Below, in pieces: positions 1-9,312 of a stretch of DNA of 64,000 bases. The stretch is taken from assembly GCA_036802945.1 (NCBI GenBank), contig DAIRVG010000009.1:18253-82252 (forward strand), written 5' to 3'. How positions within the stretch are numbered: the first letter of the stretch is position 1; each line of letters opens with the position of its first letter. The notes beneath the pieces are model-generated. The model ran no database searches. It saw only the letters and a program-made list of their open reading frames with translations, and was not told the DNA's origin. A program made the translations under genes and the position numbers. The DNA is from Vicinamibacterales bacterium (GTDB lineage Bacteria; Acidobacteriota; Vicinamibacteria; Vicinamibacterales; UBA2999).

Positions 1-567
1 CTCCGCGAGGGCCACCGAGTACGTGCCAGGGCCGCCGCCAATGTCGATCAGGTGCTTCCGCCCGTCGAGATTCAGATACGGCAGGATCGATCCGATGCCC
101 CGCGCGCGTTCATGCATCGCGTGCACGAACGCGCGGGTCACCTCTTTGCTGTCGCCAAGCATGACCGACGCAGGCATCGGCGGCTTGCCATCGCGAAGCA
201 GATCCGTCAGACGTCCCCACGCCGGATAGAGATTTTCGGCGTACTTGAATCCATTCGCACTGAACTGCGGACTCGTGCGCGCAAGGTAGCCGGCGGCGAT
301 CGCGCTATTCGAGTAACTCGGACCGTCAGCAACGAGCAGTCCCTCGACGACGCATGCGTTGAGAAGAAGCTGTATCGCCCGCGGGTGCGCATTGCACGCG
401 TCGGCAAGCTGCGCGGCCGTTTTCGCGCCGGGCGACAGCAAAGTAAAAATGTCGAGATTGACGGCTGCAAACAGGACCGCCGAGGACCGATAAGCCAGGC
501 CGAGCTGCATGAGCAGAGCTGGGCTGGGCACGCGCGCCTGATCGGTCCCAGGCTGGGATGCGTTCAT
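1..567 (-). CDS. Class I SAM-dependent O-methyltransferase (family-2 OMT-like); 3' end cut by window edge
   Basis: Not in the ORF track because it runs off the edge. My reverse translation from ATG at 567-565 gives MNASQPGTDQARVPSPALLMQLGLAYRSSAVLFAAVNLDIFTLL... and ends at position 1 with ...LDGRKHLIDIGGGPGTYSVALAE. That last stretch is SAM-binding motif I (DxGGGxG). No in-frame stop. Confidence 0.75.
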   Translation of the reverse strand, partial: MNASQPGTDQARVPSPALLMQLGLAYRSSAVLFAAVNLDIFTLLSPGAKTAAQLADACNAHPRAIQLLLNACVVEGLLVADGPSYSNSAIAAGYLARTSPQFSANGFKYAENLYPAWGRLTDLLRDGKPPMPASVMLGDSKEVTRAFVHAMHERARGIGSILPYLNLDGRKHLIDIGGGPGTYSVALAE

Positions 568-633
568 GAGGACTCCCCAAGATGTTGACGGGTATGAGCT
601 TCTGATCTTCGCTGCTCGAGTACGTACTGTCAA

Positions 634-1395
634 TTGTCGGAGTGTGCAGAATCGTGCGGCCATTGCATGCCGCCCGGAAACCGGGGTCTAATTTTGCTGT
701 TGGCCACAATCGATCTCCTCACGAGCGCGGTCTGCGCTCGAGCGGGCACTGCAGCGCAGACCTGGCTCGACGCGGCTGTGTCACGTGCGGCGAAGGGAGA
801 TCGGGACGCCCTGTTCGCGGCATATACCAACGCTCCCAAGCACACCGGACGTGACCTTCTTCAGCTCCCCGTGAGCGAGCGCGCGGCGCTTGCGTCGACA
901 GCGCCAGGCACCTTCTTCGACCGGTGGACAGGTGACGATGCGGGCAGAGCCGTGTTGTTGCTAACGCTTGCGGAACATGTCGGTGCCGATCAGTTCGCGA
1001 CCGCTGCGATTGAGTGCTACGAGCGTGGGGACTCGCGCGAGCAGCAAAGCTGGCTCAAGGCCTTGCCGCTCTTGCCAGGTTCCGAGCGCTTTTTGAGCGT
1101 CGCGATCGATGCCTGCCGCACGAACATCCTTCCGCAATTCGAATCGATCGCCTGCGAGAACCCGTATCCCGAGCGTTACTTTCCGGAGCTGAACTTCAAC
1201 CAGCTCGTCCTGAAGGCGATGTTCAATGGCATTTCGCTCGCGCGGATCGTCGGGCTTAGCGGACGATTGAACTCGGAATTGTCCCGTATGGCGCTCGACT
1301 ACGCCGCGGAACGGCGAGCCGCGGGACGTTCCGTGCCCCTGGATCTCGCGCTCGCCCTGACGAAGGACGCACCCACGGAGGAGCAACTTCGATGA
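634..1395 (+). CDS. eboA: EboA-like protein (ebo cluster, unknown function)
   Basis: 253-aa ORF whose stop overlaps the start of the TatD-type gene (ATGA at 1392-1395). Its position and size fit the EboA member of ebo clusters. The start is uncertain, with an alternative ATG at 667. The family call rests on context and recollection, not on a motif I can verify. Confidence 0.55.
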   Translation: MSECAESCGHCMPPGNRGLILLLATIDLLTSAVCARAGTAAQTWLDAAVSRAAKGDRDALFAAYTNAPKHTGRDLLQLPVSERAALASTAPGTFFDRWTGDDAGRAVLLLTLAEHVGADQFATAAIECYERGDSREQQSWLKALPLLPGSERFLSVAIDACRTNILPQFESIACENPYPERYFPELNFNQLVLKAMFNGISLARIVGLSGRLNSELSRMALDYAAERRAAGRSVPLDLALALTKDAPTEEQLR

Positions 1396-2276
1396 AGATT
1401 TTTGACCCACACGTCCATATGACCTCGCGGACAACCGACGACTACGAGGCGATGGCGCGCGCCGGCATCGTGGCACTCATTGAGCCCGCGTTCTGGCTCG
1501 GGCAGCCACGGACGATGGCGGGCAGCTTCATCGACTACTTCAACAGCCTGCTTGGATGGGAGCGCTTCCGCGCGTCGCAATTCGGCATCAGGCACTTCTG
1601 CACGATCGGGCTGAACCCGAAGGAATCGAACAACCCGAAGCTCGCGGATGAGGTGCTTGCGTTGCTCCCGCGCTACTTGAACAAAGAGGGCGTCGTCGCC
1701 ATCGGAGAGATCGGTTTCGACGATCAGACGGACGCCGAAGAGAAATCATTGGTCAAGCAGCTCGAGCTGGCGGGCGAGTACGACCTGCCCGTGCTCATCC
1801 ACACGCCGCACCGGGACAAGAAGCGAGGAACCATCCGGACGATCGAGGTCGTCAAGCGGGTGGGCTTACCCGAGGAGCGCGTCCTCATCGATCACAATAA
1901 TGAGGAGACGCTGCCGTTCGTGCTGGAAACGCGCTGCTGGGCGGGCCACTCTCTCTATCCGAACACGAAGATGGACGAGCAGCGCATGGCCGTGCTCGTG
2001 CGGAAGTTCGGCACCAGCCGAATGATTATCAACAGTGCCGCGGACTGGGGTATCAGCGATCCGCTTAAAGTGCCGAAAGCGGTCGAGGTCATGCGCGCGA
2101 ACGGCGTCGCTGACGCCGATATTCAGCGCATCGTCTGGGACAACCCCGTCGCCTTTTTCGGCCAGACCGGACGGCTCGACGTAGGAGACATCAGCGAGCG
2201 GCCCGCGATCGACCGGCAGCAGAAGTTCGAGAACAACTCCGTCCTGCGCGGAGAACAGATCACCGCGACACGGTGA
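1392..2276 (+). CDS. eboB: TatD-family metal-dependent hydrolase (EboB type)
   Basis: N-terminus MKIFDPHVHMTSR (HxH metal motif), plus GEIGFD and LIHTPH motifs typical of the TatD/amidohydrolase fold. Overlaps both neighbours by 4 nt. Confidence 0.8.
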   Translation: MKIFDPHVHMTSRTTDDYEAMARAGIVALIEPAFWLGQPRTMAGSFIDYFNSLLGWERFRASQFGIRHFCTIGLNPKESNNPKLADEVLALLPRYLNKEGVVAIGEIGFDDQTDAEEKSLVKQLELAGEYDLPVLIHTPHRDKKRGTIRTIEVVKRVGLPEERVLIDHNNEETLPFVLETRCWAGHSLYPNTKMDEQRMAVLVRKFGTSRMIINSAADWGISDPLKVPKAVEVMRANGVADADIQRIVWDNPVAFFGQTGRLDVGDISERPAIDRQQKFENNSVLRGEQITATR

Positions 2277-3667
2277 CGCACCCGACGGCGGTTATCAACG
2301 TCGTCGGCCTCACGCCGGCACTGATTGGCAGCGACACACCGAATCTCCGCGCCCTGGCGCACGACGGCAGCATAGGCCCGATCCGCGCCGTGCTACCCGC
2401 GGTGACGTGCACGGCGCAAGCGACCTACCTGACTGGAACGCTCCCGAAAGACCACGGTATCGTCGGCAATGGGTGGTACTTTCGCGATCTCGCGCAGGTG
2501 ATGTTCTGGCGCCAGTCAAACCAGCTCGTGGCGGGAGAGAAGGTGTGGGAAACGGCGCGTCGCCGCGACCCCGCGGTGACCTGCGCCAACATGTTCTGGT
2601 GGTACAACATGTACAGCTCGGCGGACTGGTCAGTCACGCCGCGCCCCATCTATCCGGCCGATGGCCGGAAGATTCCTGATATCTACGGATTCCCGGCGGA
2701 CCTGACCGCACGCCTCACGGCCGACATCGGGACGTTTCCCTTTTTCAACTTCTGGGGACCGAACGCCGACATTCGCTCCAGCAACTGGATCGCCGAGGCC
2801 TCGCTGCGCATTGACGAATGGATGTCGCCGTCGCTGCTCCTGATTTACCTCCCGCACCTCGACTACAACATGCAACGCCTCGGACCGGATGACGATCGGA
2901 TCCGGGCTGATGTGCGGGCGATCGACGCCGTCTGCGGGCGTCTCATCGACCGCCTTCGCGCCCGCGGCCGCCGCATCATCGTGCTTTCCGAATACGGCCT
3001 GACCAAGGTCACATGGCCCGTGCACATCAACCGGGCGCTGCGCGAGGCGGGACTGCTGGTCGTTCGCGAGGAGCTCGGCACGGATGCCTTGGATACTGGA
3101 GCAAGCCAGGCATTCGCCGTCGCCGACCATCAGATCGCGCACATTTACGTCCGCAATGCGGCGCGTATCGGCGAGGCCAAAGCGCTGGTCGAACGGCTCC
3201 AGGGTGTGGAGAGCGTCCTCGAGGGCGCCGGCATTGCCGCTCATGGGTTGAATCACGAACGCTCGGGTGAGCTGATTGCGATCGCCGCCTCGGATTCGTG
3301 GTTCACTTATTACTATTGGCTCGACGACAGTCGCGCGCCGGACTTTGCGCGAACAGTCGACATCCATCGCAAGCCCGGGTACGACCCCGCCGAGCTCTTC
3401 CTTGATCCGGCGATATCGATGCCCAAGCTCAAGATCGGATACACGCTTGCGAAGAAGGCACTCGGCTTCCGGTATCTGCTGGAAGTGATCCCGCTGGACG
3501 CATCGCTTGTTCGGGGGTCGCACGGTCGAATCACCGACCGCGCCGAGGATGGACCGGTGTTCATCTCGTCAGAGAAGAACGCCGTGCGGGGCGTGATGGA
3601 ACCGACATCGGTCCGTGACGCCATGCTCGCGCATCTTTTCGATCAGGTCCCTGGCACCACGCGCTGA
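2273..3667 (+). CDS. eboF: Alkaline-phosphatase-superfamily nucleotide pyrophosphatase/phosphodiesterase (EboF type)
   Basis: 464 aa. The N-terminus INVVGLTP...LPAVTCTAQATYLTG contains the nucleophile Thr region of type I phosphodiesterase/NPP enzymes. The GTG start overlaps the eboB stop (GTGA). Confidence 0.8.
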   Translation: MTHPTAVINVVGLTPALIGSDTPNLRALAHDGSIGPIRAVLPAVTCTAQATYLTGTLPKDHGIVGNGWYFRDLAQVMFWRQSNQLVAGEKVWETARRRDPAVTCANMFWWYNMYSSADWSVTPRPIYPADGRKIPDIYGFPADLTARLTADIGTFPFFNFWGPNADIRSSNWIAEASLRIDEWMSPSLLLIYLPHLDYNMQRLGPDDDRIRADVRAIDAVCGRLIDRLRARGRRIIVLSEYGLTKVTWPVHINRALREAGLLVVREELGTDALDTGASQAFAVADHQIAHIYVRNAARIGEAKALVERLQGVESVLEGAGIAAHGLNHERSGELIAIAASDSWFTYYYWLDDSRAPDFARTVDIHRKPGYDPAELFLDPAISMPKLKIGYTLAKKALGFRYLLEVIPLDASLVRGSHGRITDRAEDGPVFISSEKNAVRGVMEPTSVRDAMLAHLFDQVPGTTR

Positions 3668-4374
3668 AGCATGAGCGTCGCGGGGAAGCCCGCGGCCGCG
3701 AGCGCGACCAGGGCAATTCCGCCGCCGCTCAACGCGACCACACCCGCATCAAACAGTGAGATCCCCGCGATGAGGAGCGGAACCACAACTCCGGCACGCG
3801 GACCAATCCGCTTTGCCACCTCGGTCAGCCCCACAACGTAGGCGATGAGACACAGGGCGGCCACAAGAACGCTGCGCGGAACCGCCACCGCCGCGGCAGC
3901 CGCGGCAACGCAGTACACCAGCCCTCGGCAGAGACCCATCACCAACGGACCGAGCGGATTCTTCTTGTGGTGATAGTTGTAGCGGACGATCGCCGCAGCG
4001 AGAAGAAGGCTCCAAGCAAGCGGCGCCACAAATCGCGTCTGCATGGCCACGACGAACACACCGGCCCCGAGCATCGCAAAACCGGATACGAACGCAGCCC
4101 GCGCGGTGACGTCGCCCGCGGGAATCGGCCGGTCGGGCCGCTCGACCGCGTCGATGTGCCTGTCGAATGCATCATTGAGGAACATGCCGGCTGTGTAGAG
4201 CAACGACACGCCAGCCGCCACTCGCGCAACGACGGACCACTGAACAGGAGCATGCGCCGCGACGATGCCGGCGAGAACGTTGGTCCAGATGGTCGGCAGG
4301 TTCGAGATCCGCGAGAGCAGGAGGTACGCCCGCCATCGCGGACGCTTCACGCCTCGAGCAGCGACCGTGTCCAT
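3643..4374 (-). CDS. eboC: UbiA-family prenyltransferase (EboC type)
   Basis: Polytopic membrane protein with LLLSRISNLPTIWTN, LNDAFDRHIDAVERPDRPIPAG (Asp-rich UbiA motif) and YNYHHKKN. I chose the start at the internal Met (MDTVAARG...) because the longer track ORF (to 4470) would overlap eboE by 124 nt. Confidence 0.8.
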   Translation of the reverse strand: MDTVAARGVKRPRWRAYLLLSRISNLPTIWTNVLAGIVAAHAPVQWSVVARVAAGVSLLYTAGMFLNDAFDRHIDAVERPDRPIPAGDVTARAAFVSGFAMLGAGVFVVAMQTRFVAPLAWSLLLAAAIVRYNYHHKKNPLGPLVMGLCRGLVYCVAAAAAAVAVPRSVLVAALCLIAYVVGLTEVAKRIGPRAGVVVPLLIAGISLFDAGVVALSGGGIALVALAAAGFPATLMLQRVVPGT

Positions 4375-5546
4375 GACAGCTCGCGAGCGATCGCCGTGCA
4401 GACGTCGGTCGTGCGGTACTCCGGCGGCAGCACGTCCCACGTGTATGTTTCGATCTCGAGATAGCGGCACGCCGGCTCGCGCCTCAGCGCGCCGAGCAGC
4501 GCGGATAAATCGCGCTGCGTTGTCTCGAATCCCTGCATCGCGGCGAGAAAGATCGGCACGTGGAAGTGGACACGCCAGTCGCGGTACATTCCTGGATCGC
4601 GCGCCGCGGCGGCAAGCGCATCAGGCAGGTCCGTAAACTGGACCCGCCCCGCGGCGCTGTTCTCGACCACCTGGTGAAGATACGTGTCGTCGGCGAACCG
4701 CGTCAGCGAATGCGACAGTGCCGCCGCGTCCTGATGCTCCAGGTGCAGAGCCGAGCTGACCTGCACCTTCAGAATCCTGATGCCTGCGTCACTCAGCTTG
4801 CGCAGCGCCACAAGCGGATCCTCGAACTCCACAGCAACATGACACGCATCGAGGCAGATCCCGACATGCCGCCGGACGTCATCCACGGCAAGAGGCGTCC
4901 CCGTGTCGGCGGAGACCGACGACACGAGCGAGGGATCGAACAGGTATTTCGAAAAGAACTCGACGGCATCGTCTGTGGTCTCGATGAGACACGCGGGCTC
5001 GGGTTCGATTGCAAGGGCAACGGTCGCGCCCGCCTGCTGGCGGAGCCGTACGAGAAACGCGGCGTGGCGAAGAAAATTCGTGGCGATTGTTCTGGCGTCG
5101 CCATTGTCATGAACCGCAGCTCGGAAAGCGCCCGGCACGGTACTGACGCTCCCCTCGATGTCGTCGCGGCCCGCGAGAAGCGCCGCGAGTATGCGGGCCA
5201 GGGAGTTCGAGTAGTCCAGCCGCTCGCGCGTGCGCCAGTCTGGCAAGTACACCCGCTCCTTCACACGCTCACTGTGAAAGGCGCCGTACGGAAACCCGTT
5301 GATCGTGAAGACGTAGTAGTTGCCTTCGCGCAGGAAGGCGCGAAAGCGATCGAGTACCGCCTGCTGGTCCAGTGCCGTGGCGGCTTCGGCAGATACACGG
5401 AGTCCCACGGCCATCGCACCATGGTAGCCAAGGATCTTGCGAATGCGCGGCAACGACGTTCGCAGCGCGTCATCCATCGCTTCCCACGTCTCACCGGGAT
5501 GAATATTGGAGCAATACGTGAGGTGAAACCCATCGCCGACCTTCAT
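4347..5546 (-). CDS. eboE: Xylose-isomerase-like TIM-barrel protein (EboE type)
   Basis: 399 aa starting MKVGDGFHLTYCSNIHPGETWEAM..., matching the sugar-phosphate isomerase/epimerase fold proteins annotated as EboE. Lies immediately upstream of the UbiA gene. Confidence 0.75.
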   Translation of the reverse strand: MKVGDGFHLTYCSNIHPGETWEAMDDALRTSLPRIRKILGYHGAMAVGLRVSAEAATALDQQAVLDRFRAFLREGNYYVFTINGFPYGAFHSERVKERVYLPDWRTRERLDYSNSLARILAALLAGRDDIEGSVSTVPGAFRAAVHDNGDARTIATNFLRHAAFLVRLRQQAGATVALAIEPEPACLIETTDDAVEFFSKYLFDPSLVSSVSADTGTPLAVDDVRRHVGICLDACHVAVEFEDPLVALRKLSDAGIRILKVQVSSALHLEHQDAAALSHSLTRFADDTYLHQVVENSAAGRVQFTDLPDALAAAARDPGMYRDWRVHFHVPIFLAAMQGFETTQRDLSALLGALRREPACRYLEIETYTWDVLPPEYRTTDVCTAIARELSWTRSLLEA

Positions 5547-5556
5547 GTCGATAGAC

Positions 5557-6828
5557 CTAACCGATTTTTACGACGTGGTTCTGCTTGGCGCCCTTACGGA
5601 GGACGAAGAGGCGCCCGTCTATGGCGTCGCCGGAGCGGAGCCGCGCCTTTTCGTCAGTGACGCGGCGGTTGTTGACGTAGACGCCGCCGCCGCGAATCAG
5701 ACGGGTGGCTTCGCCCTTGGACGCGGTCAACCCGCTGGATGCGAGAAGCTCCACCACCGCAACGCCATCGCCCGCCAGCTTATCCGCCGTTACGGTCGAC
5801 GAAGGCACATCGTCGAAGACCGACAACACGTCCTCGGCAGGGAGCATCGAAATGTCTTCACCAAAGAGGACGCCGGACGCCCGCTCCGCACGCGCGACGG
5901 CCTCGTCGCCGTGCACCATCCGCGTGACCTCGCGCGCGAGCGCTCGCTGCGCTTCGCGCAACTCCGGTGCCATCCGCGCGGTGTCTTCGAGCTGTTCGAC
6001 GGTGGGTCGATCGAGAAAGGTGAAGAACCGAAGGTACTTCCCCACGTCGCCGTCCTCGGTGTGCAACCAGAACTGGAAGAAGCGGAATGGCGAGGTCAAG
6101 CTCGGATCGAGCCACACGGCCCCCGCCTCGGTCTTGCCGAATTTTGTTCCCGATGCCGTTGTCAGCAACGGCATCACGAGACCGTGGGCCTTTGTCCCTT
6201 TGAGGCGACGAATTAAATCGCATCCGGCGAGGATGTTTCCCCATTGATCACTTCCACCAACCTGCAGCGTGCAGCCGAAGCGATCGTTCAGCACGAGAAA
6301 GTCGTACGCCTGCAGCAGTGAGTAGCTGAACTCCGTGTACGAAATCCCCTCCTCGCTCTCCATGCGGCGCTTGACCGACTCCCTCGCGAGCATGGCGTTC
6401 ACGGTGAAGTACTTGCCCACGTCTCGCAGAAACTCCATCGCGTTCATCTTCGTCAGCCAGTCCGCGTTGTTCACGAGCCGTGCGGTGTTGGTGGACGCAT
6501 CGAAATCAAGAAAGCGCGCGAGTTGTTCGCGGATCGACGCAACGTTCGCCTCGACCTGATCCACGCTGAGCAACGTGCGTTCGGTGCTTTTGCCGCTGGG
6601 ATCGCCAATCAGACCAGTGCCGCCGCCGACAATCGCAATCGGGCTGTGACCAAGACGCTGCATTCGTGCGAGTGCGAGTGCGGGCAGCAGATGGCCCACG
6701 TGCAGGCTGGACGCCGTCGGATCAAAGCCGCTGTATGCGGTGACTTTCTCTCGCGCGAGAACGTCGCGCAGCCCCTCGGTGGCGTCGTACACAAGACCGC
6801 GCCACTCCAACTCGCCATACAGGTCCAT
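5557..6828 (-). CDS. tyrS: Tyrosine--tRNA ligase
   Basis: [14 protein letters not shown] (HIGH motif), KFGKTE (KMSKS-type motif), and a C-terminal S4-like domain. Confidence 0.95.
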   Translation of the reverse strand: MDLYGELEWRGLVYDATEGLRDVLAREKVTAYSGFDPTASSLHVGHLLPALALARMQRLGHSPIAIVGGGTGLIGDPSGKSTERTLLSVDQVEANVASIREQLARFLDFDASTNTARLVNNADWLTKMNAMEFLRDVGKYFTVNAMLARESVKRRMESEEGISYTEFSYSLLQAYDFLVLNDRFGCTLQVGGSDQWGNILAGCDLIRRLKGTKAHGLVMPLLTTASGTKFGKTEAGAVWLDPSLTSPFRFFQFWLHTEDGDVGKYLRFFTFLDRPTVEQLEDTARMAPELREAQRALAREVTRMVHGDEAVARAERASGVLFGEDISMLPAEDVLSVFDDVPSSTVTADKLAGDGVAVVELLASSGLTASKGEATRLIRGGGVYVNNRRVTDEKARLRSGDAIDGRLFVLRKGAKQNHVVKIG

Positions 6829-6851
6829 CAGCCGCTACTATACAACCGCGT

Positions 6852-7676
6852 ATGCCCCTCACCCGGCGCGCGGCAATCAAGGGAATGGTCGCCACCGCAG
6901 TGGGCGCATTCACTGGGGCCGGCGCGTACGGCGTCGCGTACGAGCGTCATCACGTCGGCCTGACTGAGGCAACACTCCCCGTATCAGGTCTGCCTCCGGC
7001 GCTTGATGGATTGCGCATCGGCCTGATTACAGACATTCATCACAGCGCGATGGTCCCAGCCGAAGATGTGCAGGCGGCCATCGATCTCATCACCACCGCG
7101 CATCCAGACCTGATCGTTCTTGGCGGCGACTACGTGACGTGGGGCGATCGCGCGTACGTCGGACCTGTGGCGGACCTGCTCGCGCCGTTACAGGCGCCGA
7201 ATGGCGTGTTCGCGATTCTCGGGAACCACGACGACGACCGCGACATGCCTGCGGCGTTGATCGCGAACCACATCGAGGTGCTGAAAGACGCCCGGACGCG
7301 GCGCGAGATCCGCGGAGAGGGCCTCGAGCTTGCAGGGATCCGATTCTGGACTCGTAAGGCATCGGAAATTGGTCGCGTGCTGCAGCGTGCGCACGATACG
7401 ACAATCCTTCTGGCGCACGATCCGCGAAGGCTGGATGAGGCGGCGCAATTCAACGTCCCGGCGGTTCTCTCAGGGCACACTCACGGTGGACAGGTCGTCC
7501 TGCCCGGCGTTGGGGCTCTCGCGCACCGGCGATTTCCGGTGCTTTCCGGTCTCGGCTCGCGTGAGAACACATCGATGTTCGTGAGTAGAGGCGTTGGGAC
7601 GGTCTACGTGCCGATCAGAATCAATTGTCCGCCTGAAGTGGCGATCGTCACGTTGACGCCAAAGTCGGCGGCTTAG
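6852..7676 (+). CDS. Tat-signal metallophosphoesterase (calcineurin-like)
   Basis: MPLTRRAAIKG twin-arginine leader. Motifs ITDIHH, LGGDY, GNHD and SGHTHGG belong to the metallophosphoesterase superfamily. Confidence 0.85.
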   Translation: MPLTRRAAIKGMVATAVGAFTGAGAYGVAYERHHVGLTEATLPVSGLPPALDGLRIGLITDIHHSAMVPAEDVQAAIDLITTAHPDLIVLGGDYVTWGDRAYVGPVADLLAPLQAPNGVFAILGNHDDDRDMPAALIANHIEVLKDARTRREIRGEGLELAGIRFWTRKASEIGRVLQRAHDTTILLAHDPRRLDEAAQFNVPAVLSGHTHGGQVVLPGVGALAHRRFPVLSGLGSRENTSMFVSRGVGTVYVPIRINCPPEVAIVTLTPKSAA

Positions 7677-8278
7677 CCCCGACGAAACCGCCGCCCTTCA
7701 ACCTGCCATCCCCCATCAAGAATCATCTGCGCAGCCTCGGGATACGCCCGATGCTCCTCGGCGAGGATTCGCGCGGAAAGCGATTCCGCCGTATCCCCGG
7801 GGAGGACTGGCACAGCCCGCTGCACCACGATTGGCCCGCCATCCAGTTCCGCAGTGACGAGGTGGACGGTCACGCCACTCAGCTTCACGCCATGCTCAAT
7901 CGCCTGCCGCTGCGCGTCCAGGCCCGGAAAGGCGGGCAACAAAGAGGGATGAATGTTGAGGATCGCATTCGGGAACGCATCAATGAGCGGTGTACCCACG
8001 AGTCGCATGAATCCGGCAAGGCAGACCAGACCAACCTCGCGCGCACGGAGCTCCCGCGCCAACGCACGATCGTAGTCATCTCTCGTCGGCCACGCGCGAT
8101 GGGAGAGGCAAATAGCCTCGATCCCGGACGCCCGCGCTCGATCCAGACCCGCGGCATCTTCACGGTTGGAGATGACGACCGCGATCGAGGCATCGAGCCT
8201 GCCGTCCGCGATCGCGTCGATGAGTGCTTGAAGATTGCTTCCGCGTCCCGAGATGAGAACGCCGAGTCTGCGGTTCAC
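7673..8278 (-). CDS. purN: Phosphoribosylglycinamide formyltransferase
   Basis: LISGRGSNLQALID and NIHPSLLP motifs. 201 aa. Confidence 0.92.
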   Translation of the reverse strand: MNRRLGVLISGRGSNLQALIDAIADGRLDASIAVVISNREDAAGLDRARASGIEAICLSHRAWPTRDDYDRALARELRAREVGLVCLAGFMRLVGTPLIDAFPNAILNIHPSLLPAFPGLDAQRQAIEHGVKLSGVTVHLVTAELDGGPIVVQRAVPVLPGDTAESLSARILAEEHRAYPEAAQMILDGGWQVEGRRFRRG

Positions 8279-9312
8279 TGCAGGTTCGCGTAGCTTACGC
8301 CTGGCGGCTCGCCCGGAACGACCTCACCGATCACACGCGCGTCTCGGCCACCGCGGGCCGCAAGCTCGCCGAGGAGCGCTTCTGCCTGATCGCGGCCGGT
8401 CACGATGATCAAGCCGATTCCCATGTTGAACGTGCGCATCATGTCGTCGATCGGAATGTTGCCGTTCTGCTGAAGCCACTTGAATATCTGGGGTACCTCC
8501 CACGCGGATCCGTCGACGACCGCCGCGGTGCCGTGCGGCAGCACGCGCGGCAGATTGTCCGTAATCCCTCCGCCGGTGATGTGCGCCATCGCTTTTATGC
8601 GACCGGCGTCGAGCAAAGGCCGGATAAACGGCAAGTACGATCGGTGCGGCTCGAGCAGCGCCTCACCCACGGTTCGCGACAGTTCGGGCACGTAACTGCT
8701 CACCTTGAGCTGCAGATGCTCGAAGATGACGCGCCGAGCCAGCGAATACCCGTTGGTATGCAGGCCAGACGAGGGGACGCCGACCAGCACATCGCCGACG
8801 GTGATGGTCCGGCCTGCAATCAGGCGTTGACGATCGACAACGCCGACGATGAATCCGGCGAGATCGTATTCGCCGTCGTTGTAAAACCCGGGCATCTCCG
8901 CGGTTTCGCCGCCAAGCAGCGCGCACCCGTTCGCGCGGCACGCCGCGGCCATGCCGCCGATGATCGATTCGGCGACGTCTGGCAACAGCCGGCCCGTCGC
9001 GAGATAGTCGAGAAAGAACAGCGGCTCGGCCCCCTGCACGAGGATGTCGTTGACACAGTGATTGACGAGATCGGCGCCGATCGTATCGTGGCGGTTGGCG
9101 AGGAACGCGACCTTCAGCTTGGTCCCGACGCCATCGGCGCTCGAGACGAGCACTGGCTCGCGGAACTGGCCCGGCTCGAGCCGGAACAACCCGCCAAAGG
9201 AGCCGATATCGGAGAGGACGCCGCTCGTGAACGTCGAGCGAGCGAGGCCACGGATGCGGCGGACGGTTTCGTTGCCCGCGTCGATGTCGACGCCGGAAGC
9301 CTTGTAGTCCAT
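8275..9312 (-). CDS. purM: Phosphoribosylformylglycinamidine cyclo-ligase (AIR synthetase)
   Basis: MDYKASGVDIDAGNE... is the canonical PurM N-terminus. I set the start at the internal ATG at 9312, which shares one base with the purF stop (TGATG). The track ORF extends further upstream into purF. Confidence 0.92.
   Translation of the reverse strand: MDYKASGVDIDAGNETVRRIRGLARSTFTSGVLSDIGSFGGLFRLEPGQFREPVLVSSADGVGTKLKVAFLANRHDTIGADLVNHCVNDILVQGAEPLFFLDYLATGRLLPDVAESIIGGMAAACRANGCALLGGETAEMPGFYNDGEYDLAGFIVGVVDRQRLIAGRTITVGDVLVGVPSSGLHTNGYSLARRVIFEHLQLKVSSYVPELSRTVGEALLEPHRSYLPFIRPLLDAGRIKAMAHITGGGITDNLPRVLPHGTAAVVDGSAWEVPQIFKWLQQNGNIPIDDMMRTFNMGIGLIIVTGRDQAEALLGELAARGGRDARVIGEVVPGEPPGVSYANLQ

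Noticed and set aside
4560-5660. 366-aa + strand ORF antisense to eboE. The same pattern recurs in other long antisense ORFs: 9945-10799 +, 14495-15631 +, 17152-18000 -, 19419-20651 +, 21920-22906 -, 22012-23313 +, 30300-31085 +, 44313-45299 +, 53738-54949 -, and 61020-61769 +.
   Set aside because: Each lies opposite a gene with unmistakable family motifs. Their translations are Arg/Ala/Gly/Pro-rich with no recognisable motifs. These are the shadow ORFs expected in high-GC DNA where stop codons are rare.
6829-6851. TATACA box 7-8 nt before the metallophosphoesterase ATG, suggesting a leaderless mRNA. A similar TATATC lies in the 30-bp ino1/methyltransferase gap (47533-47562).
   Set aside because: There is no acceptable -35 element, and a single hexamer match in a 23-30-bp gap is not sufficient evidence. 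It would need TSS mapping.
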